This document shows, piece after piece, positions 37,801 through 50,112 of a stretch of DNA of 60,879 nt (positions are counted from its first letter, which is position 1; the number at the start of each line of letters is the position of its first letter). Under the pieces are notes generated by a model. The model did no database searches and was not told the DNA's origin. It was given only the letters and a program-made list of their open reading frames with translations. Source of the stretch: Pelomyxa schiedti (taxonomy: Eukaryota; Protista; Evosea); contig JAHLWZ010000883.1 in assembly GCA_020536535.1 (NCBI GenBank), positions 1-60,879 of the forward strand, given 5' to 3'. Made by a program: the position numbers and the translations under genes.

Positions 37801-39103
37801 GTGTTCCTCCAAGCATATCTGTCAGATTTGTTGTATCTTTTAATAAATTAGCTTTTATCAACTTTTTTTTGAAGGTGCCCACATTCTGCCACCATGGCTT
37901 GCAGTGTCAGAAAGCCACTAAAGAAGTAATACAGAAAAGTAGTGTCCATCCCCTGCAGAAGGGAATTTACAGTATCAGCAGTATAGGGCACTAGTGCATG
38001 TCACTTATTAAGACAGGTCCAATAAAGCATACCTTGTGTCCAGTTGAGTCGAATGTTATAGTCTACATTTCCACCAGTAATATTTAAATCATAGAACACA
38101 ACTACTGCCCAGGTTTCCCCAGGGTGTTCGTGAACCCAATCCAAAGCCTCTTGTTCCGTAGGAAAAGTTCCACCAAATATACTACTGAAATAAAGACTGG
38201 TACCAAGCATATATTGTTCAAAATTGTCGACTTCCTCTTTGACAATTGCAGTTGATTCATCACCACATGCAAAAAATAGCTTCCCCATGCGAATTAGATT
38301 CCCAAAGTCATCTATCATGGATTGCATATAGGAAGGAAGGTCTTCATAGGTGCTGTTGCCAATGAAGGCATCGTATAGCATGTAATGGGCCGTCATGAAT
38401 TCATCAAAACCAAGCAGAGGCATTGGTCCAGTGTAGTTCAGAGCGTCCAATAGATTGAAGCATTGAGGGGGGTATGACTGATTACTGGGAAGGTCTACAA
38501 ACATTCTAGGATCAACACATACCATACCCTGTATTACCACTATTAAAAGGAGGAGAAAAATGATCATTTTTCGAGACAACAGAAGAAGGAGGAAGGTCGA
38601 AAAAAATAGGCAGAAAGGGAAAACAAAAAAAAAAAAAAAAACAGGGTGACGACCTCTGGAACTGCAGGAGGGAAAGTAGTATTGACATATATCTGGGCAG
38701 GGTGATAGTCATTACCAGCAGCAAAATACCCAGCCAGAATAGGGCCAATCAAAAGCAATGGGGAGAAAATCTCAATCAGGGTGAATACAATATTCCTCAG
38801 CTTGATCAGCGCGCACTTCTTGAACGCGGCCCATAATTGCAAAACGGCCACGCCCCCGGTGCCAGCGCCGCTGAGCCCCACCTTCATGTCCCTCGCCCTC
38901 TGCTGCTCCAACTTGGTGTCCTTGTCACCAATGAGGCCGGCAACGTGCGACTTTGCGTCGGGAGGCGGCGTGGTTGCTACCGTCATCGCTCCCATAATCC
39001 GAGGCGACGCCGAGCCAGAGCTGGACGTAGAGGAACCCCCAGAGGAAGACGATTGCTCCGGCCCCTCCTGAGGCAGGGGACTGCCATCAACGCTGCTGCT
39101 CAT
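31875..39103 (-). CDS. ABCA-subfamily full transporter
   Basis: NBD1: [30 protein letters not shown]2: [26 protein letters not shown]. Also [12 protein letters not shown] and two TM domains. Confidence 0.95.
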
Positions 39104-39635
39104 GGTGTTGGTGATGATGTGGGTGCCTGCAGGGATCTACACAGTGTGGGTTGGGTTGAATAGGTTAGTTGGTGAATCTCTATGTGCTTAGGAAAGAAGA
39201 AAGAACCTTGTTCAACGTTGGAGAGTTAGCCTACTTTTCCAGGATTTGTGTAGTTTCTTGTTGATCTTGATGGCTGGTGTAATTATTAGGCTTGGAAGCG
39301 TCTCCCTGGAACTCTCCTTATGCTAAGGGGAAATGATCTGTGATGTCACGGAGCCCCATTTGAGGGAGTGACTCACCTCGAGCCTTCCAGGCCCCGTCCA
39401 GCCAGAGAGCCAGTTTCTGTTCTTGCTTATTACAGTAAAGCTTGGGATTCCATTGGAATCCATGAATGCTCCGTCGTGAATGCAAGGTACTCTTCTTCCA
39501 TTGGATGATGCATACACGATTCTTACGTCGTGCCCCAGGACAGAAGGAAGATATTTCTCAGGCTCGATGGAGACCTCCCCCAGCCATTCATGTAATGGTC
39601 GTTGTCAGCGCCGCTTCGCAATAAAAACAAACCAA

Positions 39636-42600
39636 ATGTTCGGCAACATCTTTGGCGCTGCAGCTCGCGTGGTGTCGAGCAAACTGTCCACGACCACAGC
39701 CCCCACAACACCCACGTCGCTGACGTCGTCCAGCGACGGCGGCGCGGACTCCAAGGACATCGAGGCCATGCTCGAGAACGAGGACGCGCTCGGCATCGCG
39801 GCGGCGCTGCGCTCCACGCCGGGCGACGCGCCCTTCCACGCCACGTGCTGCAAGGCCGTCGCGTCCCTCGCGTGGCGCGTGCCCGTCGCCCGCGCGCTGG
39901 CCGACGCCGACGCGGCCGCGGACGTCGTGGCCGCCGTCGTCGCCGCGGCCAAGGCGGACGACGGCCACCCCCGCACCCTCAAGTACGCCTGCCGCGCGCT
40001 CGGCCGCATCGCCTACCACCACGCGCCGCGCCTGGCCTCCTCGCTGTGCGGCACCGTCGTCGCCACGATCGTCAACGCGATGACGGGCCACAAGGAGGAC
40101 GCGCGGCTGCAGCGCGAGGCGTGCCTGGCCATCTCCAACATCACCGTCGGCGGCGCCGACGCGGTCGCCATGGCCATGCGCTACGGCGTCGTCGAGGTCG
40201 TCATCCAGGCGATGCACATGCACGGCGGCGACCGCGGCGTGCAGGAGCACGGCTGCAGCGTGCTCGTCAACATCACCGCCGCGGGCCGCGACAACACCGC
40301 CGCCGTCGTGGCCAGGGGCGGCGCGGCGGCCCTCGTCGGCTCCATGCGCGAGCACCCCTGCGACGTGCTCGTGCAGGAGCGCGCGTGCTGCGCCCTGGGG
40401 AACGTCACCTTGCACTGCAGCAACGAGGTCGCCGGCGAGATGCTCGACTGTGGGATCGTCGAAATCCTGATCTCGGCCATGAAGAACCACAGCGACAGCG
40501 ACTCGCTGCATCTGCCGGCGTGCCAGACGCTCAAGAACCTGACTCGCTTCCCGTCTACTTCTGCTCGCGCTTTTGAGAAGGGCGCGATGATCGCAATCTT
40601 CAACTCCATACAGCTGCACAAGGGCGTGGAAGAGAGTGCTCACGCCGCCGTCGCGAACCTGTTCGGGGCCATGGATGCTAAATCCGAAGTGAAGAAGACG
40701 ATTGTCACCAGAGTGTTGCAGCTGTGCTCCGAACTGATGGGCTGCCCTCAGAGTTCAGCGAGTATTACCACTACCACTACCACTACCACGCGCTCTGATC
40801 AATCTCTGCGCTGCAGTAGCGGCGGTAGCGAGCCTCCAGGGACTGGGGATTTACCTGAGGTTTCCTATTCTCTTTATTGGACGGTACCAACCGCACCCGG
40901 TTCAGAACAAAGTAACGGCGGCTATGACTGACCAAAAAATACCTAGTGACATGAACGGACCTAAGGAACCCTCAATTGGGACAGAAAAACTTCTAAGAGA
41001 CAAGGTTGGCCACTACTTCTGCCTTCATGTGCATTTACCTCCTTTTTCGAGTAGCTCTTAAAAGCAAAGGTGCATCAGCTTGAAGAAGAAGTAGAAGTAT
41101 GTTTGCCATTGTACATCATTTCCTTAGGCATCTGACAGAGATTAACATCTGCCAATTCCTCACTGGTTAAAGAATTAGAAAATACGCGACAGCAAACCGA
41201 GGTACCCTACCTTTTTTTTTTTTTTTTTTGTTTCTTCCTCATTCTTTGAAGGCTTCTCAGGCGCAAAAGCGATCTCGATCTGTGTCACCAATGATTGTAC
41301 CCCAAGAAACAGCAGTAGATACTGAGCTGGTGCCTTTGGCACGGCAAGTATTTTCAGCTGGATTGAAGGATATAGAGCCCTTTCCTTCACAAGAAAACAG
41401 CTCTAGTGGAGTTCTGGTTACTAAGCAAAGAGTTTATGCCAGAAAGTTGTTGAAAACTCTGTGCCCATCAAATTTTGAGCTCTTTCTAAGAGATATGGAG
41501 GTGATATAAAATACTATTTTCTAAGATATTGCTATGATCAACTGTTCCCTTTGTAGGTAATCTCAGAGCTCCGGCACCCAAATATTTTACAGTGTTTTGG
41601 CTTGTCTTCTTTGACAAGCAATATCGTCATGGTCTACGAGCCTGTTGGATGTAGTTTGAAGTTCATTCTGCAGGTTTAAAACACACACTTCAAGACACAC
41701 AACAAACAAAATATTACTGACTCCTTCACAGAAAAACAATTAAAAAAAAAAAAAGGCACATCCTCACTTCAGTAACGCACATACACCAACACTATTCTAC
41801 AGAAGCAATCTTTGGCTGTTGTTGAAGTTAAGTGCTTGGCTCTTGGAATAGCCAAGGGGATGGAGGCACTGCACAAGTTTGGCTTTGATTATTATGCTTA
41901 AAATCTCATCTATCCCAGACTTAAAATAATGCACGGGGAACTGAACAGCAGAAGTGTAATGTTAGACCAGTGGGGAAACCCTAAAATCTGTGACTTTGGT
42001 TCCTTGACCTTCCCACCCAACATCTTTTGTTGACCTCTGACACAGGTCTATCCATCTTTGCATCTGGAAGCACTCCAAACCAAGAGGAATTTGCGTATCT
42101 TTCTCCTCAAATGCTGGCATGTTCATATGGAATTCTCGGTATTGTGTTCAACCCTGCCATTCTCAAGTAACATGATGAACTTCTTCCAGCCGACGCGTGG
42201 CAATTTGCGGTTCTAGTGTGTGAAATGTTAGCTGGAAGAGTACCACAGGCAACCCCAATTTCACTGGACTCGGAGATTGCATCTTTCCCTCCTAAATCCA
42301 AACAAGGTTAAATGTCCATTAAGTTCCAATTTCTGCTTTTATTCACTGCCGACTTCAGAAATACAAAAAATTTTGCAAGAGGACAGACTGAAAATGGGAG
42401 TTGTTGAATGCCTTACAAGAAGGAAGGCATGTCTTAAATTACTGTCTGAGACGGTGGAAGCACAGTCAAATCCCACAATAACGGATGTGTTTACCCATTC
42501 GATTGCTTTATGCTTTGCCATCCCTGGTTTGATTCTCCTCACACCCCAACAGCTTCCAATCAAATTCCTCTGACCAACAAACAGAAGAAGACCGCATCCC

Positions 42601-42775
42601 CTTCTGTACACTGGTACAGCTTCTCAATGTCTGTCACACAACTCCCACAGCCGGTGTAACTACCGTGGTAACAGTTCATACACCTTCTTCTGTCACTACA
42701 CTACTGGATACTACTCGTCCACAACCTTCCTGCCTTTGTCTGACCAGAATTTTGCCATTCATACCAAAGAATTAG
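39636..42775 (+). CDS. Armadillo-repeat protein with C-terminal TKL-like pseudokinase domain
   Basis: ARM repeats (LQREACLAISNI, VQEHGCSVLVNI, VQERACCALGNV). Kinase motifs YARK, LRHPNILQCFG, IMHGELNSRSVML, PKICDFG, AYLSPQ, DAWQFAVLVCEM. Confidence 0.75.
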
Positions 42776-42827
42776 ATGTAAACAAAAAAAAGGAGTACAA
42801 AAATAGCGGTTTTTTTTTTGCAATATA

Positions 42828-43934
42828 TTATGACTCTTGTTCTTCCTGTATGTACACATGTGGTTTGGAGAGGGCTTGGATGTCTTTCTCGAGTGCATTA
42901 AGTTGGTTCTCTAGTTCTTCCTTCCTGCAAAGCGTCAATAACGAGATTCTCGTTACGAGAAACGGAATTAGAGTGGGATCCACCTGCGACGGCTTGATGG
43001 TGTGTCAACAGTAATAGGCATTCTTATATACATTGTGTTGACTTCCTCCCACCTTGCTTTAAGTTGTGCTATTTGTACATTCTTCTCCTCCATAGTTAAT
43101 TCACGAATGATGGGGCCACTTTTGGTACCTGTGCTTGCTGTTGAGAACTGCTGGAATTTATTTGGGTTTATGTACTTGTTTGTTTTTGAATTTCTAGCGC
43201 GGCTATGTATTCTTTTTCTTCCGTTATTTCGTTCTGCACTTGCTCCATGTAAGCTGGAATTTTGCCATAATCCTTCTTCTTGAGATAGTTAAACTCTTCC
43301 TTGGTAACTTTTTTTGGAGCTACGGAGAATTGACAGTAAGTTGTACACCAGGAAAGAAATAAGTCAAATGACATAATACTGAGGAGTGAGGGGAAGAACC
43401 ATCTCGAATCGCCTCTACCTTGTTGTCCTTGACAAAGTTCTTAGAAGTGGGCTTGGCCAACACACCACTTTCATTCACTCTAGGCACAGGTGGCTTAACA
43501 CTGCGTGGTATACCTACACCAAATATAATATAGGGTGTGCATTAGTCCATCTGTTCAATGCAACATTATGAATACAAAAAAAAAAAAAAAAAAAAAAAAC
43601 AATGAAACAAGAAAACAAAGTGCCAACTTTGAGTGGTGGCAGTAGTCGACGACCGGGCATTGCTGTTGTTGGTGGAAGCTGTTGGTCGCCCGATAGATTT
43701 CCTTGGCACTCCGGCGCCTTTCCTGAGGAACCCGGTCCTTGGGTCGGGCTTGGAGGCGCCCGGCGGGGGCCCTATCGTCGCGGCGGCGCGGCGCCCGCGG
43801 CCCGACGCGGCAGCTAGGTCGGCGGCGTACTTTGAGGGCCGTGGCGGACGCCGCGTGGCGTTGCTGGGTTCGGTCTGCGACCCTCCTGGGACGAGCGCGT
43901 AGATGCTTTCTTGCTCGTCCTCGTCGGCGCTCAT
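42828..43934 (-). CDS. ENKUR: Enkurin (axonemal microtubule inner protein)
   Basis: ESIYALVP..RPSKY; NYLKKKDYGKIPAYME; C-terminal ELENQLNALEKDIQALSKPHVYI. Confidence 0.8.
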
Positions 43935-44184
43935 GGTACTGGGCGTTTTCCGGGAATTTATTGGGCCCCCGGAAGCAGTGAAGTGGGTATACCAGAGGAG
44001 ACCCATCAACATTGTGAAACGTGGGATGAGCTGTCAGCTGGTACCTTGTTGTGTTCAATATGCCCTTTTTACTCCAAGAAATTAAATTCCTTGTCCTTTG
44101 TTTCATTTTTTTTTAATCTTTAGCCCAAGTTTCTAAAAAAATAAAAGGACTACCTCACAGGCTCTTTTGTTTTACCATGTTACA

Positions 44185-44969
44185 TCAACAGAGAGTGGTG
44201 GGGCTGCCATGGCCAGCACACAACAGAGTGGCACGCAGGTCTTTCAGTCTTTGTACTGAAGAATACAGAGTAGTAGCATACTTTGGTGAGTGGCAACCAA
44301 CAATGTCCCCTCCAAACCATGTATCTCCACTGAATAGCAGTCCACTAAGTGAGGCAAGTTCAACCAAAAAAATGTGTTAGTGTGCAAGGGAAAAAATGTA
44401 GAACACCCTAACTAGTTCTGCTCCCATAAAGCAATTGAACCTGAACTGTGGCCAGGAACTGATATCACCCTCAGGGCCCAAGTGTCATTCTGTACTATAT
44501 CCCCATCATTAGCAATTCTCTGTGGGGTCAGCCCAGCACCCCTGCCATCAACTGCTGACATGCACAGCTCGAACTTAGATAGGTTCAAATGTGCTCTCCC
44601 TTCCTTTGAAATAAGGTACATATACATTTACTGCCACGTTTCTTGTTACATATGAAAATGAGTGGCTATGTTCTTAAACAGACACATCCATAGAGAACAC
44701 AGTTTGGTGAAGAACTAACCCCTCTTTGTGTACTTGTCAAATTCGACCAGGTGGTCGCCGTGGCAGTGGGTTACAATCAACACAGCAGATGAAGCACGGG
44801 CCAGCTCGGCCTCTGGGAAGAACCCACAGTCAATTACAATGAGAGGCTCCCCGCTCAAAACGTAGGTGTTGCTGCGCAGCACTCCCTCGTCATCGTCGTC
44901 TCCTTGTTGATACACAACCACACGGCCTCCGCCGGGGCTGCGGTACACTTCCGACCCACCACCAATCAT
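44185..44969 (-). CDS. Metallo-beta-lactamase-fold hydrolase
   Basis: SNTYVL, IDCG, THCHGDH (HxHxDH), PGHSSGS, LFSGD, AGHG. Confidence 0.85.
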
Positions 44970-45066
44970 CACAATTTTTGTCTCTGAAAGTGAATTGTGG
45001 TGGGAGCTGCTGTTATGTTCAACTGCTGAAAAGAAAGCTGATATTACAACACCTTTGCATTACGTT

Positions 45067-46296
45067 TTAGGTTTGGAAAGCAACAATGCGGGCCTGACAC
45101 ACTGGACAAGTTTTGTTGGTGGACAGCCACTTGTCAATGCACACAGAGTGGTATGAGTGGAGGCACGGCAGCGTTTTGATCGTTTGGCCAAGCTTGAATT
45201 TGCTCTGGCACACTGCACACCTCTGCAATTTGTCGGTCCTATTGTACGTGTAGGTGGGGAGCAGGTCCAGCAGCATTGTGCCCACCCCAACTTTGACAAT
45301 GGTATCATCCAGCGCAAGTAACTGTTCATAGGTGGCATCCTCAGGCACAGGGTCACCATCAAACCGTTGAGGGGGAAGCGCGGGGCCCCTTACTCCACTG
45401 GAAGCTGTTGCAGTGGAAGGCTGGGAAGGAGTGGGAGGTTGGAAAGGAGTGGGAGGTTGGGAAAGCTGCTCTCGCCGTATCCGCTGTAGCGGTGGCGGTG
45501 GGTCTCTGGCGCGCGTGTGCGGGATGTAGATGGTTGAAAGCGGGTTCAGTTGAGCCGCGTGGAAAACAGGGGCAGACAGCAGACTCTGCGGCGGGATGCT
45601 GTTGCCGCCGTTGCTGATGATGCCGATGATGCCCTCCGGAGGGGGTTCCGCCAGCCGGTCCAGCGCAACGGGCAGAACCGCCCCGGGGCCGCTCACCAGG
45701 CTTCCTCTCCCAGTGTCGCCAGATCTCCCAGCCTCCATGCCGCGCTCACTCCCGCAATATCTCCCTCCATGCCCTCCACCACCATTTCTGCGCGCAGCGC
45801 CCTCTTCCTCGTCCTCGGTTCCGTCTCCTCCGTCTCGCTCGCCATCTGAACTTCCATCCTCACCATCACCGCAATCGCAATCGCAATCACTGCCACTGCC
45901 ACTTCCACTGGCACTGCCACTTGCGCTGCTGCCGCCGTCGGTGCGGGTGCCGCAGCCGCCGGTGCTGCGCCAAGCGTGACGGTTGCCCCGTTCTTCTCCT
46001 CTTCCTCCTCCTCCTCCTCCTCTTCGGCGGTCGCAGTCGCCATCGCAACTGGCGCTGTAACTTTCCCAGTCGCTGTGGCTCCCACTGAAACTGCTGCAAC
46101 TACTGAAGCTCTCGTACGACCCATAATCTCCTTCGTGGTCGTTGTACGCGTCGGGCTCGTTCGCGTCGTGGCGGCCGCTACAACGGCAACCGCATTCCAC
46201 GCGACGGCTATTACTCTGTTGTACGGAGTGCGCCTCTGTGAAGGCGGACGAGGCGGAATTATGGTACAACCGCTCCCCTGTAGGGCGACGATCCAT
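45067..46296 (-). CDS. RING-H2 E3 ubiquitin ligase (intronless)
   Basis: TYEQLLALDDTI..VG followed by CAVCQ..LPCLHSYHSVCIDKWL..KTCPVC. Confidence 0.9.
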   Translation of the reverse strand: MDRRPTGERLYHNSASSAFTEAHSVQQSNSRRVECGCRCSGRHDANEPDAYNDHEGDYGSYESFSSCSSFSGSHSDWESYSASCDGDCDRRRGGGGGGRGEERGNRHAWRSTGGCGTRTDGGSSASGSASGSGSGSDCDCDCGDGEDGSSDGERDGGDGTEDEEEGAARRNGGGGHGGRYCGSERGMEAGRSGDTGRGSLVSGPGAVLPVALDRLAEPPPEGIIGIISNGGNSIPPQSLLSAPVFHAAQLNPLSTIYIPHTRARDPPPPLQRIRREQLSQPPTPFQPPTPSQPSTATASSGVRGPALPPQRFDGDPVPEDATYEQLLALDDTIVKVGVGTMLLDLLPTYTYNRTDKLQRCAVCQSKFKLGQTIKTLPCLHSYHSVCIDKWLSTNKTCPVCQARIVAFQT

Positions 46297-46398
46297 TTCC
46301 GAACAGAAAATCCAAGTTGGAATAAGCTCCAATAAATTAGTTGCTGCATCTTCATCTAAAGAACTACACTAGCCTAATGCTGGCAATTAACCCCAAGG

Positions 46399-46924
46399 TC
46401 ACACCCCATTCTCTGCTTGTGAATTGTCAGTTGACACAGCAGTTTTCAGAGAGGGATTCCTGGAAGGGTGCCCATACTGCTCCAAATTTGACAGGCTATC
46501 ACCCCACTCCTGCTCTTCCACATACAGCTCGAAATTCAATGAGCTCAGAAGCTCCACCTCCAGCAAGGTGAGGTTCCTGGGCCTCAGGCCACAGGACATT
46601 GCCACCCCTGAGTGGTGATTGAACCCATCAACGAGGAGCTTCGAGGCAACCAGCACCGACGCAACCAAACACTTGTGAACTGTGTGAGTGGTCAAGCTGA
46701 ACTGACCTCCTCTTTATCAACTTGTCGATGAAGACACACGCCAGAGGGAGGGCCTCTTGAGGTACTCCCCAGTGAGTCGTCCATCGAGAAAGAAGCATGT
46801 GGAGGGGCAGTGCGGGCGCCTGTGGAGTGTAGAACGGAGTGGCTTGGGTGTCTAGATCAGCAGAAGTATCATTTGTGTATTTGGACACCAAGAAAAGGAG
46901 GTAACCAGCAGTCTTGTCCTCCAT
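46399..46924 (-). CDS. PHO80/cyclin-U-type cyclin interrupted by a +1 frame change
   Basis: ORF 46628-46942 has TPF..PALPL..LSRW..LACVFIDKL. Overlapping ORF 46399-46695 has TVHKCLVASVLVASKLLVD..G..LTLLEVELLSSLNFELYV. Confidence 0.75.
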
Positions 46925-47147
46925 TCCCTTTGTTGTTAACAACGTAATGGCTACCCCACTTGTTTTTTTTTTCTGTTTTGTAGGTTTACGTTTGGCTGAA
47001 ACTTAAAAGCTGCCCGAGGTTCCGTTTGTTGAAGCGCCAACGGCGCAAAAAAAACGAACTAATCGGCTTAGGAGATTCCCCATCGGTGTATTTTTGAAGT
47101 TTCGTTGTTTCGGAAAAAACGGTGACACAAGAGATCCCTTGACATCT

Positions 47148-50024
47148 CTAACTCGGAAACATGAAGTCGTGGTAATCAACACAAACGGCAAGAGCTGCCG
47201 GGGAACACCTGTGATGAGAACGCCAATGTGAATAAAAAGAGAGTCGGTAAGGGGAGAGGTAGAGGACCTCAAAGAGGGCACAAAGACGAGAAGTAGAGTG
47301 TGAGTGTTCATCTTGTTTTCTGCTGAGTGATCAACTACTTGTTTCAGGATGCGACTCAGGTGCTTTTTTTTGTTTGTTTGTTTGTTTGATTGATTGATTG
47401 ATTGATTAGGAAGCAGTAGAAGATGGTTGGAACTTACTCTGATAAGAGCAAGGTTGTTGGGAGGGAGTGTGAAAAGGGAGTTCTTCATCGACTGGAGAAC
47501 ACTTTCAGGGAGGTGTGGAAATTTAGAATTATCCTCTGGGGAATGTAAGGGTTGAAAAAAAGAAAGAAGGGCCTGCTTACCCATGAGTTGTGTAATCGTA
47601 TTGCTGATTTGGGAAGGTATGAGGGGTTGAGGAAGTTCACGTAGGTATGATTTGACAAGATTCGTTAATGTATGTACATCGAAATTGGCCAAATTCACTG
47701 TACGTGCTTTTTTTTTGTTTCAAAGGTTCATAATTTGAGCATTTGTTGTGGTGCTATGATACCTTGTTCCAAGGAACTTTTCAGTAATTGAAGTTCGGTC
47801 ATACAACCTGAAATGCGGAAAATTCCCTCCTCTTGTAGTCCTTGTGCATGTGAGGGGTCTAGTCATGAAAGACAAAGCAATTACCCCTCAATGATAATTG
47901 CTGAAAGGCGTTGTACAAGAACAGAGGAATTTCACTGTGTGGATATCTCTTTCTCTGATCTGACATAACTGTATCTAATGGAACACCAAATATTTGTTTG
48001 TACACTGTTCGTGTTGTGCCTTCAAGATCAAAGGACAATCGGAGGTTTGCGCTGCCGAAAGTAAGTAGGTAAGAGATGATAGAGTTCTTACGCCAAGTAT
48101 TCAAGCCACTCAGAGAGGACAGCTGGGGAGTCAGCTGCAATAAGACATTCTCCCCGTGTACTGCTGATTGGCGCCGCATAACCCTGTCGGGCCTGTCAGA
48201 AAGATATTTGTTTCTTGGAAGAGACTTTTGATTTCCATGTCTTAAGTCCTCCTTCAGCTGATGAAAGCACAAAACTGGTTTTTTTGATATTTTTTATTCT
48301 TATCTGAAATTGGTTAAAGAAAAATAAGAGGGCGGAATAGGTACATCGGAAGTTAACGGAACCATTCCTTGAGGAACGTGTTCCTAAAAAAAGTGAGAAA
48401 AGAAGGATAGGGCTCGATTACATTGGATTTGTAATAACACAGACAATGATTGTATAACACAAAAAACCGGCGTTTAAACATTTTTAATATATCTTCTCCT
48501 TGTTTCAAAAGCCATCCGGCTTTGCATGTTTCCTTGAACAAATCAGCTCCATCGAATTAACGTACAGTTCATTTTTACCGGGAATTTGGCCGCGGGCTGG
48601 AAGAATGAACCATACAATTTCGCTTTATCATGCTCCCTTCCAACCTGAAAATTCACTTGGAAGTCGATGTATGTTTGCTTGTATTGGGGCTATAAAAGGT
48701 TATCTATTATCTAGCCACAGTGAACAAACTGAGGTGCTATAGTCAAGTCCAAGAAAAGTACAGAAATATGCCCACAAGCAAGGCAATTCAGAAATACAGT
48801 GCCAGGCACTACACACCTATTGGGCATTCAATGGTATTCTGGGTACTGCAGATGTAAGTGTACTTGAGTTGTTTTTGCCAAATCAGTTGGGCCCAGAAAA
48901 CCAAAGATAAACACAACTATGGTCATGGGTAAGTTCACCCCAAATATATTCTGTTGTGGCAATCTTTTGGAAGTTGAGAAATACTGGTAGACTCTGTGAG
49001 GGGTACTTCAGTAAATCGATGGTGAAAGGTAGTGTTGGAGAGAAATCTTTCCATGGTGTATTGTTGGAGAAGTGAAGCACAGACTGACCTTGTCAGAGCA
49101 ATAAACATTTTAGTTTTCCAAAAAAACCAAACTGCATTGAAATTTGAAAATGGCATACAACAGGTTTCAATCGGCTCGGGGCAGTCGAGGGTGACTGAGT
49201 TTGCGTGAGTGGAGGGCTTTCGGTATTTCCTCTACTTCACAACTATGAGAAACAAAAAACGTCAATCAGCTTGATACCTCCTCGGAACGCTATGGGATTT
49301 CCTGTAAGACATCAACCAGTTGAATTGGGGTATATTTGAAGGGGCTTTGGATGAAGAGGAAGTGAAAGTTGTCTGAGTGCAATTCAGTAGCTTGGAATAC
49401 CAAATGTCAAATGACGACTTGTCATATGCCACAATGTGCATTCTACAAACCTGTGAATTGAGTTTTGAATAAACTTCAAAACCACTGGGAGATACTTCGT
49501 ACTTTATCTGAACGAAAATAAACGAGTTCAATCTCGTTAGGGCAATCTTGTGGCTTAGTGACACATGTCGAGGGGTGCTCAAGAAAAATTACTTCCTCCT
49601 CCTGGACTGGATTAGGCTTGGTGGAGTCGCTCGTGTAAAAAGGATTGGCGAAGGAGGGCTGTTCGGTGAGTGTGGTAATTTTGACTTTTCCAGCGTTCGG
49701 TGTGGGTGGTAAAGGGTGAGAAGGTATTGTAGTTTGCCTCCGAGTGGAAGAGGTCGGGGACTGCGAGGCCGAAGAGACGGCAATCGCCGTTGTGGTCGAA
49801 TTAGGCGCAAGCGATAGGTGCATGGACACTGATTGATGACAACAGTCAGTCTTGGTGCACTTGAGCACCTTGTACCGCGTAGCCAAAGCGAAGTAGTATC
49901 GTTCAGTTTTCGACATACTCAACGCAGCATAAGTCTCCGGTGTTGTCGCAGTTGTGGTTGTCGCAGATCCGGTGTCGATGGGCACACGAACGCCGACCTC
50001 GCCTTGGACAAGCTCGCCAAACAT
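47148..50024 (-). CDS. PH-domain RhoGAP, multi-exon
   Basis: PH: KAGWLLKQGE..FKRRFFVL. GAP: IFGVPL, EGIFRISG, DVHTLTNLVKSYLRELPQPL, HSAENKMN. Confidence 0.85.
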
Positions 50025-50112
50025 TTTTTTTTGTTTTTGTTGTGTTGTTTCGTTTTCTGTCTGAACATCTGGATCGTTCTGTGAAACGCCTTTTCATCTC
50101 TTTTGAAAGAAA

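Noticed and set aside
39588-40643. Long antisense and alternate-frame ORFs over the ARM gene (also 17979-19194 and 45596-46355)
   Set aside because: Expected shadow ORFs in GC-rich or low-complexity coding DNA with few stop codons; no independent motifs.
44185-44969. Antibiotic-resistance island (MBL-fold gene plus AadA-like gene)
   Set aside because: The genes are 26 kb apart, the MBL fold is generic and contains introns, and no mobile-element features were seen.
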